64,000 nt of DNA from Gnetum montanum (GCA_015680685.1 MNCI01000527.1:124001-188000); one strand, 5' to 3'; positions 23,701-38,151 are shown, numbered from the stretch's first letter. The notes: generated by a model from the letters alone, not told the origin. Program-made: numbers and translations.

Positions 23701-24509
23701 TAATGGTGGGGATGATGGTGCATTTGCACAGGATGGGCAATATTGGACATGTTGGGGGCCCACCACGTGGTGGCGGTAGGCTCGGTTGTATGAGTCGGGA
23801 GCAAAGTTGGTGTTGTAGGTAATTGGGTCGTAGGTGCTGCATGTAAATGCAGTGGTAGAGGTGCAGGCACACGATGAGGCAGGTTAGGTAATTGCACCCA
23901 TTGAGGAATTATCTATGATGGACCTTCGCCCGGTAGTGTGGTTGGAGAGAGAAAGTGTAGACTTGGCGAATGTAGGATTCAATCGGTATTGGATAGTGTC
24001 AGAGGCGTGGTAACCATGAACAATGGATTTATGTGAGACATCGTGGAAGGAGGGGCCATGGTGAAATCAGCATGACCGCCTCCTTCAGAGTGAGATTCTA
24101 GATCGTCTTGCCCATCATGAAGTGCTTCCTCATGGAACGAGGCTTCTAGTTCCTTTGGCGATGTCTTAGCCATCAACATTTGGTCTATGATCCACTTTTG
24201 TTGATCTGTCAAAGGGATGAAAGTGGTGGGCGTAGGAATGAGTTCCTTCCCGTTGCATTACATGAACTCGTACTCTCGTTTTTCCTCAACTTCTTGTGGA
24301 TACAGAGGCAGATTTGCCACTAGCTTAGCACAGAGGAAATTGTAGTGTTCCTTGCGCTGAGCTTGTCCCTCAGGCTCCTTATTTTGTAGCCTGAGGGAGC
24401 GACGTGGTCGCACTAGACTAGTTGGTTGTTTGACTGCAAGAGGCGTAACTTGTAGGGTCCAAGGGTTTTTGAGATTGGCAGTGTCAAAGACTGTGGTTGA
24501 TATAACCAT
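20773..24509 (-). pseudogene. gag: gag plus aspartic protease of nested Tat element
   Basis: Capsid-type motifs FTKYNGEGDPNTHL and ..KQDPLKSVQKFIQWW, CHHC knuckle FCDYHQLCSHDMDYC, protease VHVDNGAATNII and LILGRSWL. Broken by stops and frameshifts. Start uncertain. Confidence 0.9.
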
Positions 24510-24721
24510 TTTCGAAATAAAGGATGAAAATCAGGACAACGGATGCGAACTAAGATAATAATCGGGGCTGTATCTCGTAGGATTCCAAAGGAATTGTTGA
24601 AACGACCGATCTGCACCACACAATTTCATAAACAACCTTGGAGGTATTACATTTACGTTAATTGACAGTGGATACAGACATCTTACAAGACTACCCGTAA
24701 AATGCGAATTGGCTATGAAGC

Positions 24722-24738
24722 CCCTCCTTCTAGCACCA
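24722..24738 (-). promoter_or_regulatory. Primer binding site
   Basis: TGGTGCTAGAAGGAGGG on the minus strand, 6 nt after the 5' LTR end; begins with TGG as tRNA-primed sites do. Cognate tRNA not assigned. Confidence 0.75.
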
Positions 24739-24744
24739 GAAAAC

Positions 24745-26188
24745 TGTAACGACAGAAAACGTCAATCATTGGAAATACCGAACGAAAGTTTGTGTAGACA
24801 GTTCTAACCCTAGATCCGTGCGAGGACCGTGCTGGAAAGAAAAGCGAATCCGAGGTGCCTTGAATAGTCTTGTCGATTAGACAAAGACTTATTAAATCAG
24901 TAAAAGGTTTGGTAGTATGATGGTGAAACGAAGATTCTTTGTAAAGCGATGCGATATCGTTAATCCCGAAAGCAATTGAAGACAACGCAAACGATCTAGA
25001 TGAGATTACCAAATCTGTTTAACTAGGATGCAAGAGATCAGATTTAGTGGAAAGTATGATCAGAAGATCTGGGATTTAACTTATGAAAAATAATATGTTT
25101 AATACAATGACTTCAGGTGAGCTTCGGTTTGGATGAAGCATATGCCAGTAACAAGAAAGTTATATAAAGATGAAACAAGCGAGGATCAATCTACCTTGAT
25201 CTAGCCAATCTGGGCGCAAGGAAGTTAAACCCGTGGGAGAATATCTGGTAGCCGATTATTTCTGATCAAGAATTCTTGTCAATCACCTCCAGCGTTCTCA
25301 CGATCACTGATTCTCTTTCTTGCTCTCTTGCCAACCTTGAAGAAAAAATTTGCCAACCCCTTTGATCTTCGTCAATTGTAGCATTTATAAGGTTTAGGTC
25401 AGGAGAAAAATGCGGTTTAAATGACACATGTCCTGTACTCATAAAATGCCGTTGACTCAATGTGTTGTTGTTGAAGCTTGCGACGCTATGCTACGTAGCA
25501 CATCGTAAACTACCCTCGTGCGGGCTTTGACAATAGACTGTCCTTTGATTATGCTGTAATACGCTAGAGAGCATATTGTGGCATATGAACTGCTAATGTG
25601 CTTGTCGTTACTTGAATTATGCTACATTACACTAAATTACGCATCGTAGCGTAATTCAGCGTAAAATAACGAAACTGCAAAAGTTAAAGTGTTGTTGCCG
25701 CGCTTCCTTTGTTTCTATCTTTTTTTGGGGTTTTACTACGCTGCACTACGTAAAGCAGCATAATGGGCCCCTCAACTAGGAAAGAAAACCCGCTGAAACG
25801 CGCTTTATACTGTAGACTGTTGCTTAGGACTTGAGATTTTTACTGGGCTGTTGAAGTCTTGCATGTTTGCCATTCTTGATGCTGTGATGGACTGTCTTTG
25901 ATATTACGCTACACAATGTGATGTTATGCTACGTAGCGTAATACAGTGTAATTTTCCAGAAGTTAAGATTTTTGAAATAGATAACTTGCGAAGTTGGAAG
26001 CTTTGCCGCCGTGCATCTGTTGCTTTGCTCTGTCCTCTAGAATTTACTTCTGCTGTGCCATGCAGTGTGGTAGGACAGACTTTTAGTTGAAAAGGAACTT
26101 GTCACACTATGCCTTGTTGTAACTCTTTGTCTGAGTCACCGGCTTTTTTGCTGAACTGTCAAGGCCTCGAAATTTTCACGGTGTTTCA
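24745..26188 (-). repeat. 5' LTR of nested Tat element (1444 bp)
   Basis: Direct repeat of 8607-10049, followed on the plus strand by TSD GGCCC. Confidence 0.97.
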
Positions 26189-26289
26189 GGCCCCACCATA
26201 TGCCTCCCATTCAAGGTGTTCCAAGCTTGGAAACTTTATCAATGCTTGGGTTTTGACCCTTTGAAACATCCAAAATCATATTGAAGCCT

Positions 26290-29200
26290 TAACCCCCATG
26301 CGTCCATCCTGGGAAACATGGATCTAGTGTGGATGCATGCATGCCACCCTAAAAAACCTAAATCCCTTGCCATTTTTAGTAGCTGTGACCTACCTCATCC
26401 AACTTCTAGCTTCGAAAGGGGGTTAGATCTTATTAAAACTAGACATTTTGGGCTTCCACGCTACGCCAACATTGCCCAATTTGGAGAAAGGGGAGTAACA
26501 CCCATACTTATTTTGTAGTGCCCATTTAGCTTAGTTATAACCCCTAGAGTGGGCCCACATGATAAAAAATCCCTTGTCACCCCCAATAGCCCCAAAACCT
26601 CACCAAATCTAGTTGAAAGTGTTCAAAACCTTAGGATTTAGTGGATCCATGCTGGGGAAGGCCTCTTAGACACTAGGTAGTGAAGATCCAACATGGATGG
26701 ATGGGGGGATGATAAAAATTGCTAAAATCAATCACTTAGTAGCTATTTTTTTGAACCTAATGCTCCTTGACAACCTCTAGTAGCCTAAGTTTTTCTTGAA
26801 ATAAGTCAATTTTGTACCCATAGCCTTCTCCATGCTAGTTAAGCCCCCTCCACACTACCCATCATGGAGCCAGCATGGAAGCCTAGGGGATATGTAATAA
26901 AACCTAGTTTACAATCAAAAATAGCCTAATAACCTACCTTAGTGACCTCTAAACCTTGTCAAAACCTTTTGGAGCCTTCAAGTACAACAAAATTGTTCAA
27001 AAATGGCACAAAACTATCATCTCCCTCTCATCCATGTTGGAGCCATCATGCCTAACATGGAAAAAGTAGGGGATGGTTGCATGAGATAGTTGAGAACCTT
27101 TGAAATGATGGATTTTGGCACCAAATCTTGACAATTAACATCCTCAACCATGAAGGCTGACATGCATAGTTGATTTGCTATCAAACAAGCCTAGATCTAA
27201 CATTTTTGGTTGTTTCATGCTAGGGGAGACCTTATCCATGTTGGCTAGTGTGGTTCCAATGTGGATACAACTGAGGAGGTTTATGAAGAGTTCTAGATAC
27301 ATCAAAACAATGACAAATTACCTTGTACTTGCACCAAAACCTTATTAGCCTTTCTAGATGTAGTAGACTTCCAGAAATCAATAAAAATCAACTTCTGAAG
27401 GATTCTCCACACTAGGGAGGATCCTATCCATGCTAAGCATCCTAGCCCTAGTGTGGATGAAAGGGGGTAAAGCCAAAACTTGTGAAATTTACATGAAAAT
27501 TGACTTTTGGCAACAATCGAACCCTCCTAAAAGCCATCAAACTTTTGGAAGTCAACCAAAATAGTTTAAAATAGCCCTTATTTGGTTCTCCAAGTTGGGA
27601 AAAATCCTATCCATGTTAAGCATGGTAGTCCTAGCATGGATGAAGAGAGGTAAGCTTTTAAACCATTTTACAACTTTTACAGTTATAACCCTTTAACCCT
27701 AGGTTCCAACAATTGACACCAGCAACCCTCGAAGTGCACATGCATAACTAGAAATGGTAAAAAATAGCAAGAAATAGTCTCGCTTAGCTCTTCCATGCTG
27801 GAAGTAACCTCTTCCATGTTGGCCAATGTGGATAAAGTGTGGATACTAGGATGTGACTCATAAATGACCCATAAACACGTCAAACTAACACTAGATAGTC
27901 TTGTATGCATCATAGGACCTTGTTTGTACCTGCCAAGGCCCTCAAACTCTACAAAACTAATCATAAATAGCCACAAGATATCCCCCTTAGGTATTTGTAG
28001 CTAGATCCACATTGTCAACATGGATCTAGGATGGAAGAAAGGGGGTAACATCAAAAACCACTGAAAGACCCTCAAAACTACTAAAATTTGACCTTAAACC
28101 ATGGTCCTTGATTCTGGCAACTCTGGGTGTTGACATGCATGGTTGATTATGGTTAAAATTAGCCTAGATCTAAGATTTATGATCCATCCATGCTGGGGTG
28201 AGGTGTCTTCCACACTGGGCAGCATAGACATAGCTTGGAAGAGCTACCTTTGCACTTTTGGTAGTAGATTGACACTCCTGGATACGAAAAACCTATGCCG
28301 GTGAAGCCTAAGACATCATAGCCTCAAGTTGATGCCTATTAGACCTTGTTTTAGCCTTGAAATCTCATCAACTCCCATCTTCCACATTGGAGAAACTTCC
28401 CTAGTGTGGATCAAAGGGGGTGTAACCTTATATAGCCTCATAAAGCCTTCACACATGACCAAAATTAGTAAAAAACATGGGAAATCACAACTTGCAATGT
28501 TAGAAGCCTAGAAACCTAGTCGATGTGATTTGAGATCACCCCAAAGCTAAATAATAAGACCACCCCCATTCTTCCATGCTAGGGCCACCATGCTTAGTGT
28601 AGAAAAAAGGGGGAAAGCTATCCTAACTTGTTTTAATACTCAAAACCATTTAAAATTACCTCAAAACATAGCTAGAGGATGCACAACTACTAGATCTTGG
28701 TTCCAAATGTCCATGCAACTGTGTTTGACCTTGTTTTTCCTTATATTTAGATTATGTACAATGATCCCCCTTCCATCAACGTTGGCCATCACAGAAAAAG
28801 GGGGGTGAGGCTTCAAATCTTTCATTTTAGCCTTTTTTGTCCTCCAAAGTGATCAATTTTGATAGATCTAGCCCTATGTTATCTTGGGAAGGCCCCAAAA
28901 CCCTAATTTATATCCTCTTGATGCTAGGAAACATATTTTCTTTAGTCTCCACACTAGCTCCATGTTGGCTAGCATGGCTCTAGTGTGGAAGATGTTTTCA
29001 AGCTTGAAACGGGGATTCCAATGTTTGAAACTAATGCTAAAGGTAGCCTATTTTCTTCCCTAGTTAACTTTACTAACATGAAAGCCATTAGAAGTTAAAA
29101 ACTAACCAAAACAAGCCTAGAAAAGCTTTTGGATGTTCCATCCACATTGGGGATCACCCCTTCCACGTTGGCCATCGTGGAAATAAGAAGGGTCCAACGT
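26290..29200. repeat. Dispersed degenerate motif field (TCCAYRYTRG / CYARYRTGGA) in host PR-RT spacer
   Basis: Dozens of tccatgct, tccacact, agcatgga and agtgtgga words in both orientations; no credible ORF. Confidence 0.7.
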
Positions 29201-29856
29201 GAAAGAATTAAAACACTTACTTTTTCCATCAAAACTACCCAAAAATAGCCTCTGTTGATGCCCAAAATTGTCCAACAATCTTATAGCCTTAAACCATGGC
29301 CTTCTAAGGCCTAAATCTAGCAAACTCTAACTCTTTTAGACCATATTTTAACCAAGATTTACCATATCTGTCCTACTTTACCTTATTTTACTTTGGTTTA
29401 TCATATCACAATATGTTCTAGATATTTTTGCATTGTTGACCTTATTTAGCCTCAATGGTGCTTTTATTTCAATATGTTTACCTTTATTATTAGCTTGTGT
29501 AGCCATGATTAGTTTTTGATTGGTACTAAATGATGGGGTTTGATCTTCCCTGACCACCATTTGGCATCATGTGACCATGGTCTGCTAAGACTTAAAACCG
29601 GTATCATGGATTGCTATTGCCTTAAATTGGAAAATTTGTAACCTATTGTGAACTTCTTTCACTTGTTTTGACCTTGTTTTTAACCTTTATTCCATTTTTT
29701 CTACCCATATCTACATTTTTATATAGCCTTATATGATCCCATTTACATTTTTTTTGGCATTAGAGTAGCATGTTTTTGCATAATTTCATAGTCTTTTAGC
29801 ATTATTTGCTCATCTTTACCTAGGTGCCACTTAATGTGTTGATGGTTGACATGCAG

Positions 29857-32800
29857 GACTAAAGTATGAGTACTTGGAATTAGATCAATTTACCTTTGAG
29901 CCTAAGTGGGCCTCATGGTAATGTTGAATGGTGTATTAACCCTAATTGCTTGGATCTTAAGCCTAATGATCTTGTCAATTGCATAGCCTTGATAGAAAAA
30001 CCTTTAGAATGGCATGAAAACCTAGTCAAAATCCTTGACATAGAGATGGGTGACATAACCGAAGATTCTCTAGTTGATGTTCCTATCAAAACACATAGTG
30101 GTGAGGAGAAAACACTAAAACTAACTTCCTCACTAGAACGTCAATAGGCTTAAGACTTCACCAAGATCCTACAAGGCAACATTAAGGTCTTTGCCGAGTC
30201 ATATGAAGATATGCCAGACCTAGACCCATGCCTAGTACAATACAACTTCATAATAGATCCTAGCATTAGACCAATTAAACAAAAAGTGCACAAGATTAGG
30301 CCTGATTTGGCCTTGGCAGTCGATGAAGAAATCACAAAACTCTACCAAGCTGGTTTCATTAGGGCTGTTGACTACGTAGAATGGATGTCCAACATAGTGG
30401 TAGTCCCTAAGAAAAATGGGAGTATCCATATTTGCATTGATTTCCAATACCTAAATAAGGACACCATGAATGATGACTTTCCTTTGCCTAGTATTAACTA
30501 ACTTATCGATACTACGGTTGGACATGCCTTATTGTCCTTTATGGATGGGTTCTCAGGAAATAACTAGATTAGGATTAACCTAAAACATCAACTTAGCATA
30601 ACCTTCATGACCCCTTGGGGTACATTTTGCTATACTATGATGCTCATTGGCCTTAAGAACATGGGAGCAACTTACCAACGAGTCATGATGTATATCTTTA
30701 GTGACTATATGTTAGGTTTACTCAATAGTTACATGGACGACATTGCCATTAAATCCAAAGTGGCCAATGACCATGTTAATGACCTAGATCTTGTGCTTAA
30801 ATGATGTCTCAATCCCAAGAAGTGTGTTTTCAATGTCAAGATGAGTAAGATGCTTTGCTTTGTAGTATCTAAATTTTGGATATGTGTCAATCCTAATAAG
30901 GCTAAGGCCATATCCAAATTAGCAGCAACTACCAACCTAAAGAAGCTTTGAGATTATAAGGCAAAGTACAATTTATTTGCAGGTTTATAACTAGGCTTAT
31001 CAATAAGTTATAGCCCATGCAACACTTTCTTAGGAAATGGGTTCACTATGAGTGGATGACTTAATGCCAGGAGTCCTTTCAAAACCTTAAGCAAGAGTTG
31101 GCACAACTACTAAAAATTTAGCCTTTGTAAGAGGGTAAACTATTTTACATCTACCTTGCTATCTTCGACATGTCCATTGCCTCTCTACTCTATCAAAAAT
31201 GTGATGATGGAGCAGAGATGTCAGTATACTACCTTAGCCATGCATTAGTTTTCCATGAGACTCGATACACTGAAGTTAACTAGTATTTTCTAGCACTAGT
31301 ATTCTCATTAAAGAAGTGGAGACACTATCTCTTAGAAGCTAGGTCAATGACATTTGCAAAGCCAATGTACTCAGAGCCATAATGATCAACATCTATGAAA
31401 GTAGTCATATAGCTTGATGGAAATCCATAAATATGGAGTTTGATCTTTAGTAAATCTCTCAATCCTCAACAAAAGGTTAAGCTATAGTCATACAACTCAC
31501 TAGTTCGCCTATTGATGATCATGCAACCATAGATCATGAGTTCCCTAATGAACATATCAACATTATTAGCCAAGTGCCTAAGGTTTATGAGGTGATCATG
31601 CATTTTGATGGAGCTTCAACTTCCCATGGGGCCAATGCCATTTCCATCATAACATTCCCATCTGGTGAAATATGATCCTTTGCTTATTGATTTGAGTTTT
31701 CATGTACCAACAACATAGTAGAGTATGAGGGTTTGATTAGGGGAATGATGGTAGCTCATGACCTAAGAATCAAGTGAGTAATGATTAGAGGTGATTCACA
31801 ACTTGTGGTCAACCAAGTAACCGAGCTTTATGCATGTAAAGCCACATACTTACAACCTTATTGTGACCTAGGTAAGTAATTGTTATAACAATTTGCAGAC
31901 ATTGATATCCAACATACATCCTAAAAAAAATGCTATAGTTAATGCCATTACAATGCTAGCCCTCAGTGTGACACTAGATGTGTTTAGTAAGTTGCCCACC
32001 TTAACTATGGATTGTGCTATCACCATCATGAAAAGTGTTGAGGATAGCTTTGTGGTCATTATTCATACTGCTCCTACCAGGGAGTGGTATGATGATATCA
32101 AATTCTACTTCATGCATGGTGAATCTTCACAAGGCCTAACTATTGCTCAAAAGGATGTTGTATGTAAATGATAAAAATAGTATGTCAATGTAGGTGATAA
32201 CACATTATGTTGATGGTCCTATGATGGCATATTGTTAAAATTCTTGGGTAAAACTAAAGTCAAAATAGTCCTAGAGTAGGTTCACCAGGGTTTTGATGGG
32301 GGACATATAGGACTTAGAGCTATGGCTGCTAAGATTAGATAGTTACGCTATTATTAGACCTATATGAAAAGTAATTTCCTATAAAAGCTTAAGACCTATG
32401 ACACATGCATATGACATAATAACTTGATACACATACTACCAACTGAGTTACATACCACTTAGATAACTTGGCCATTTAAATGATGTGAGTTAGATAGCAT
32501 TGGATCTATAACACCTAAGTCTTCTATAAGTCATTGCTTCATCATCACTGGAACCAAATACTTTACAAAGTAGGTTGAAGCTATTCTACTAATAAGGACA
32601 ACATTTGAACAGGTTTGTAAATTTATACTAGATAATATTGTAGCCCGTTTTGGCATACCCATGAACATAGTTATAGATAATGAACCATAGTTTAGTAGCT
32701 AAGAAGCAAAGTATTTCTATTACAACTTAGGCATTAAGAATTCTTTCTCATTGCCTTAGTATCCTCAAGCCAATGGATAAGTAGAAGCAAGCAACAAGGC

Positions 32801-33320
32801 CATCATCAACTTGCTCAAGAAGATGCTCAATAATAGCAAGCCTAAATGGTATGAGAGGCTTATCCATGCACTTTGGGCCTATTAGAAAACCTACCATACA
32901 ATAATTGGTGTAACACCTTATAGCTTGGTTTATGGTTCTGAAGCTATTTTACCTCTTGAATTGCATGTATCATCACTTTGAGTAGCCCTATTTGACTTCA
33001 TCAGTGATGAGTAGAGCAAGGCGTTTTGGATAACAAACCTGGACACGATGGAGGAGCAGCATGTGGGAGTGCTAGCTCATGTTGAGCAGTATCAAGAGAG
33101 GTAGAAATGATAGAACCACCATAGCTTGACCAAGAGTAAGATCAAGGAAGATGACCTAGTCCTAAAATATCCATGAGCAAGTGAATAAATTCTTGGGTAA
33201 CTAGGAAGGGTCCTTCCTTGTTGCCAGAGCCTACAATAATGGAGCATTGAGGATAGCCAACATGAATGGAAATGAGTTGGCCAATTTGGTTAACCATTCC
33301 TACCTAAAGCCTATAGTAGC
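29857..33320 (+). pseudogene. pol: pol (RT-RH-aRH-INT) of the host Tat element
   Basis: ORF fragments 30211-30501 (ICIDFQYLN, DDFPLPSI), 30607-30804 (YMDD), HFDGAS at ~31600, YPQANG at ~32760; colinear with 11598-15076; many stops. Confidence 0.93.
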
Positions 33321-33868
33321 CACAACATTAATGACCATTAACAAGTGATCTTGCTTTACTATTTCCTATTGAGGTCTTAAATTGGCAATACGGCTTGCCA
33401 ATGCGTTAAATTGGTGCCATGGTCCACAATGATCTTAAACTGGAACCATGGTTTGCTAGGACCTTAAATTGGTTCTATGGCCTACCATGGCCTTAAACTA
33501 GTAATATTGGTGATTTGGGTGGCTTGGTTTTATCATTTTATGTGGCCTATACAAATTGTAATGTTATAAAATGCTCTCTTTACTTGGTTTTCTTGTCCTA
33601 TTGGAGTTATTTGTAGGATGAAGCCTAGAGCCATCACAGGGGTGCAATTCATTATGGTAGCAAGTCAACATGCAACCTCAATGTGCAAGATTTGGTGAGT
33701 TTATCCTACTATGTCAAGAGTTCTTATACCATTGCCATCCATCTAGCACTACTCCTTGAGCCCAACCTTGTAGCTTGATTATGACCTTCGATACCTTGGA
33801 ATACAATGTTGACCTATGTTTACTGTTCATGCACTATAACGATTTGACATCTCTTCATCATGCTCCAT

Positions 33869-34435
33869 TGTGACATCCCATCTCTGGATGTCATGGAAAA
33901 TGTCAAATATACATTATATTAGACATTATGCATAAGAAGATAATATAGCAAACATCAAATATATGTAACATTTGACATTATGCAAAAAGGAAATAACAGA
34001 GAAAGTGTAGAAACAAAAAGAAAAGAATGCTTTATTGATTTGGAATAGTGTGTCTAGATCATGCTTTAAGAGTGTTCCTTGGGCTTTTCTTCCTTTGGCA
34101 TCTATCCCATTAGAGGCAATCCAACATTGCCACCATAGTTATGCCTTTAACTAACTAGAAGGGATGGCCGGTCCACTTCTTGTCTTGCTTCACCCAACTC
34201 TCATGACTTACCTATATCTGCTTTGCCACTCCATGCCTCACATGACCTTTAAGCCTAAGTATAAATGCTTTAGGTCAAAGGTTACCTTAAGAGACATGTT
34301 TGTTATTACAACATAACCTTTTGGGTCTTAATTACAACTATCCTTTTGGGTCTTGTTACAATAAAAATATCACCTTTTATGAAGAGGCATCGTTTTCATT
34401 AAGCAACAACATCATTTGAGAATGGGGATGTGACA
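33869..34435 (-). repeat. 3' LTR of the CCR4-carrying element
   Basis: TG...CA with near-perfect terminal inverted repeat, abutting atctatcccccttag (PPT on the minus strand). Confidence 0.65.
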
Positions 34436-34842
34436 ATCTATCCCCCTTAGGTTTTGCTCATCCTCGAATGAGTCCATGTTCATTATCTTTTTCCAACTCC
34501 AATGCCTCTATTATGATCCTATGCTCCAGTAATTTGATTACTCCTTTGAACTTGAAGTTGTTTCTTGCTTATTCTGTAAACAAAATATATGTGAGAAAAA
34601 AATATATAACTATTAAATATTACTTTTTTAATTCTTACTTCATTTTCTAAGATAATGACAAGAGGTGAATTAAAGGTCTACCAACCACCAATCACTAGTC
34701 TAACTAGCATCACACAAAGTGCAACTTGTATCAGGTTACCTAAGTGAAGGGAGAAAAAATTCTTATTCCCAATTTTTCATTACCTTAGATTTTTTATTTA
34801 TCTAATTAAAATATAAATTAAATAATGAAGAAAATAATAATA

Positions 34843-36067
34843 TTATAAATAAAGGTAAGTGTGAGATACTTCCTGCTCTTGATCAACCTTATGAATTGAT
34901 GGAAGTAATTGTAATTCTGCCATAAGTAGTATATGATCAGATGATCTTGTTTGAGATGGCAAGGCTTGAGCTTGATTCTTCTCCATTTCTTCTTTAGAAA
35001 TCAATTCTAGTAACTTGGTAACTTGGAAGAATCAGACATCGTACCAAATATAATCTAGAGTCTCAATGAAAATTTTTGTTGATCCATCCTCATTAATCAC
35101 AAATAGAATAATTGGTAAATTGTAGTTCTTCATGAGTATTGTCCATGAACATCACCTGTTCTTGAATTCTGGGATCTGATTTATCTACTGAAGATTCAAA
35201 GTACGTAGAACATGCACTAGCCAATGGAATTGCATGTTGAATTGATGGAAATATCTTCTTCAAATCAGGTTCATCTTCCAAGGATTCCATTACAAATCCA
35301 TATTTTAAGAATTGATAACCACTACTTCCAAATTTCTCATTGAAGTCTCCACAAAGAATAAATGGAATTGGATCGGTATATCTCAGGAATAACTTATTCT
35401 TCAAATCTTCTTCTATTTTCTTAATTAAGTATGCTCATTGACATAGTCTAACATTTGAACATGTTGGTTTGGAAATTAAATGTGTCTTAACCATGCATAT
35501 ACATCTTCCTGATAACTGGGCTTTTAGAATCACTACCAAGGCTATGTGATTTTTTCGAAATCTTGATTATTCTTTCTTTTCCATGTCTTGAAGTTCTAGA
35601 ATTTCAAAAATCATATTTTCTAAACTCCATTCAATTTTTTGTATCAATTCAAACTTGGCTTGTTTATAAAAGATTACACAACCATCCATGTTGTAATTTT
35701 TGCAATAGGCTAATCTATATGGCTTGAAAGAAGAACTTTCACATGAATCCTTTTGCTTATAAATACCTCTGTATCCTATCTTTTGAAAATTTGGTTGGAA
35801 TTGGTATAGAAATTCCCATGGAAAGACTTTTTATAGGCATAAAACATCAGCATCCAAATCTTGTAACTCTACTAAAATGTGTGGGTATTGATATTCATGC
35901 CAAATCAAAACCCATGGGGGACATAATAGATGTTGTTTCTCACTCGCTAAGGATCTTGCAAGCACATTGTATGTTGCAACTTTCATTTTCATTCTTTGAT
36001 TTTCCTCTGAATCATTTCTCTTTACTAGTATCATAAACCTTGTTGAAATAAGATTTTGAGTTTCCAT
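34843..36067 (-). pseudogene. CCR4: Intronless CCR4/nocturnin/ANGEL-like EEP deadenylase-domain pseudogene
   Basis: Motifs in order: VATYNVLA, DADVLCL*KV (decayed CLQEV), DGCVIFYK, THL, PFILCGDFN, FTNY, SSDHILLMAE. No introns; a few stops. Confidence 0.88.
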
Positions 36068-37039
36068 GTTGTTTTATTGTATGATTTGGTTGCAGGGAAA
36101 ACTGATATATATATATATATCTTCTTGATCATTTTTGTTCATAAATTGATTCTTTAATTGATACATAAACTAATTCATTGATTGATAATCAATTGATACG
36201 GATACATCAACATATTCTGGTAATCTTTAACTATATTATTTAGTTTTAGTAATATATAACAACATTATCTAATTTTAGTAAGATATATTTATATCACCTT
36301 ATTCTTAATGACCTTGCTACCCTTCTTTAAGACACTAACTTTGGTAGCGTAACTAATGACATGCCATAGTGATCTTAAGGCTATTTGAAAAGGTTAAGCA
36401 TTGAATCTTAGGGTTCCAAAAAGTTTAAATCCATTAGTCCCAATAGTTGAATTATTAGGCATAATTAGTTGTGCTTATGTTATCAAGTTTTAAGGCATAG
36501 TTCCTTAATATCATCGAATTATCAGGTCCTCAAGTGATAAAGCTAACATCACCATTGAGTTTAGAAGGGTGAAAAATGTTGGACATGACTATTCATACAT
36601 TGAAAATGGACATCGTATACTCAAGTTCTGCTAAAATTAAGTTTTAAGGGTTTTAAGGTACTATATCAGGCAAGGGCTGAAAACTATTTTTTGGGGATTC
36701 AAAAGGTAGATTTGACTTTACCATTATGTAAAAAAGGTTGAAATCTATAGGAAATGACTCTTCGTTTGTTGAAAAAGGCTTTTAAAATCAAAAGTTATGG
36801 CTTTTGAAGTTTTAAGATATTTGGTGCAAAAAACGAGACTTCCTGAGAGGTCATCCATCCTAATATTACTATAGAATGAGCATGCTTAATTATAGAATTT
36901 TGATTTCACATGCTACCAATGCATCAAATTTATTTTTTAAAGAAATTTTCCCATGTTCCAGATTTTATTGGAATTTTTTGTTAGTTAACAAAAATTTCAA
37001 ATTTTCTTATCAATTGATAGAGAAATCGAGAGCCACAGA

Positions 37040-37240
37040 AGGGCCATTATGGATAGTGTTGTCGATGTTTGTGGGTGCTCAAGATGGACCATTATGAATG
37101 GTGTCATCGATGCCTATGGTGCCTTGGATGGGCCATTATGTAAAGCATCATTAGTACCCACAATGCTCACGATGGACCATTATGAATGGCACCATGGTTG
37201 TTATGAATGGTATCATTGGATGCCGTCAACACCATGAAAG
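37040..37240. repeat. Degenerate ~40-bp tandem repeat
   Basis: GGGCCATTATG / GGACCATTATGAATGG recurring four to five times. Confidence 0.6.
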
Positions 37241-38151
37241 GTAGTTGCATGCCAATGCAACGTAGGTTGTAGGGTAGTAAAGGCCCAAGATTAGAAGAAA
37301 TAGTGGCAACATCAATTTACAGTGGTAGAGGAAGTGAGGGTTTTTGCAAATCTGGGTGATGATGGCAAAGGACATAGATGGGCAAGGAATTGAGAATAGT
37401 GATAGGTAACATGCATCAAAGAAGTGCATAATGGATGATAGGTGTAGCGTTGAGTGTCATGGTGATACCAAAGATGGTAGTAGGGGAGGTGACACCATAG
37501 TGACGACATGACATGACAGTGAATGGTAGGTGTTCGATGTGCAATGACGATGGTGTGTGGTGGTAGGACAGATGCAAGTGGTGGGTGGTGTGGTCGACAC
37601 AAGTGACTAGTGATAGGCCCTAGAGGTAGCACGCGATAAGCGATTGTAGGACATGGATGTTAGCTGATAGAAGGTTGCATAGTGCGGTAGAGGCTTCACT
37701 ACCATTAGTCATTTGTTGGTCGTGACACTGGGTGGATGGGCTTGCTAGCCCTTATTATGGCTAGTAGCAAGGGTTGGTTGCAATTCTAGTTGCTAGGGCC
37801 AAAACCTTTATTTATTATTATTATTATTATGATTATTTAAAGATAAAATGGGGCAAGGGGGCCTATGTTTGAACCCTTGACCTTCCACACTTCATATATA
37901 TATATATATCTTAAAAAATAATTTGAAATCTAGAGGAGGATCGAGTTTGAACCCATGATTTGCTAAGATCTTGAACTAGCACCATGGCCTACCAAGGCCT
38001 TAAACTGGTACCATGGACCGCCACGACCTTAAACTAGCAATATTGGTGACTTGGGCTACTTGGTTTTATTATTTTATGTGCCCTATATGCATTGTAATGT
38101 TATAACATGCTCTATTTACTTGGTTTTCCTATCCTCTTGGAGTTGTGTTTG

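Larger units (their letters stand above)
8607..26188 (-). mobile_element. Complete Ty3/gypsy Tat-clade LTR retrotransposon (17.6 kb), non-functional copy
   Basis: Paired TG...CA LTRs, 5-bp TSD GGCCC (8602-8606 and 26189-26193), PBS, PPT, and domain order gag-PR // RT-RH-aRH-INT. Confidence 0.97.

Noticed and set aside
21848-23822. Plus-strand ORFs over gag
   Set aside because: Antisense shadows of the GC-rich gag coding strand.
33869-34435. Repeat taken as the 3' LTR of the host Tat element
   Set aside because: The true host LTR at 39038-40466 matches the nested LTR termini; this repeat has its own minus-strand PPT and near-TSD.
36335-36365. Possible PBS and 5' LTR edge of the CCR4-carrying element
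   Set aside because: Only a loose match to CTCTGATACCA, and the following sequence does not align with 33869 onward.
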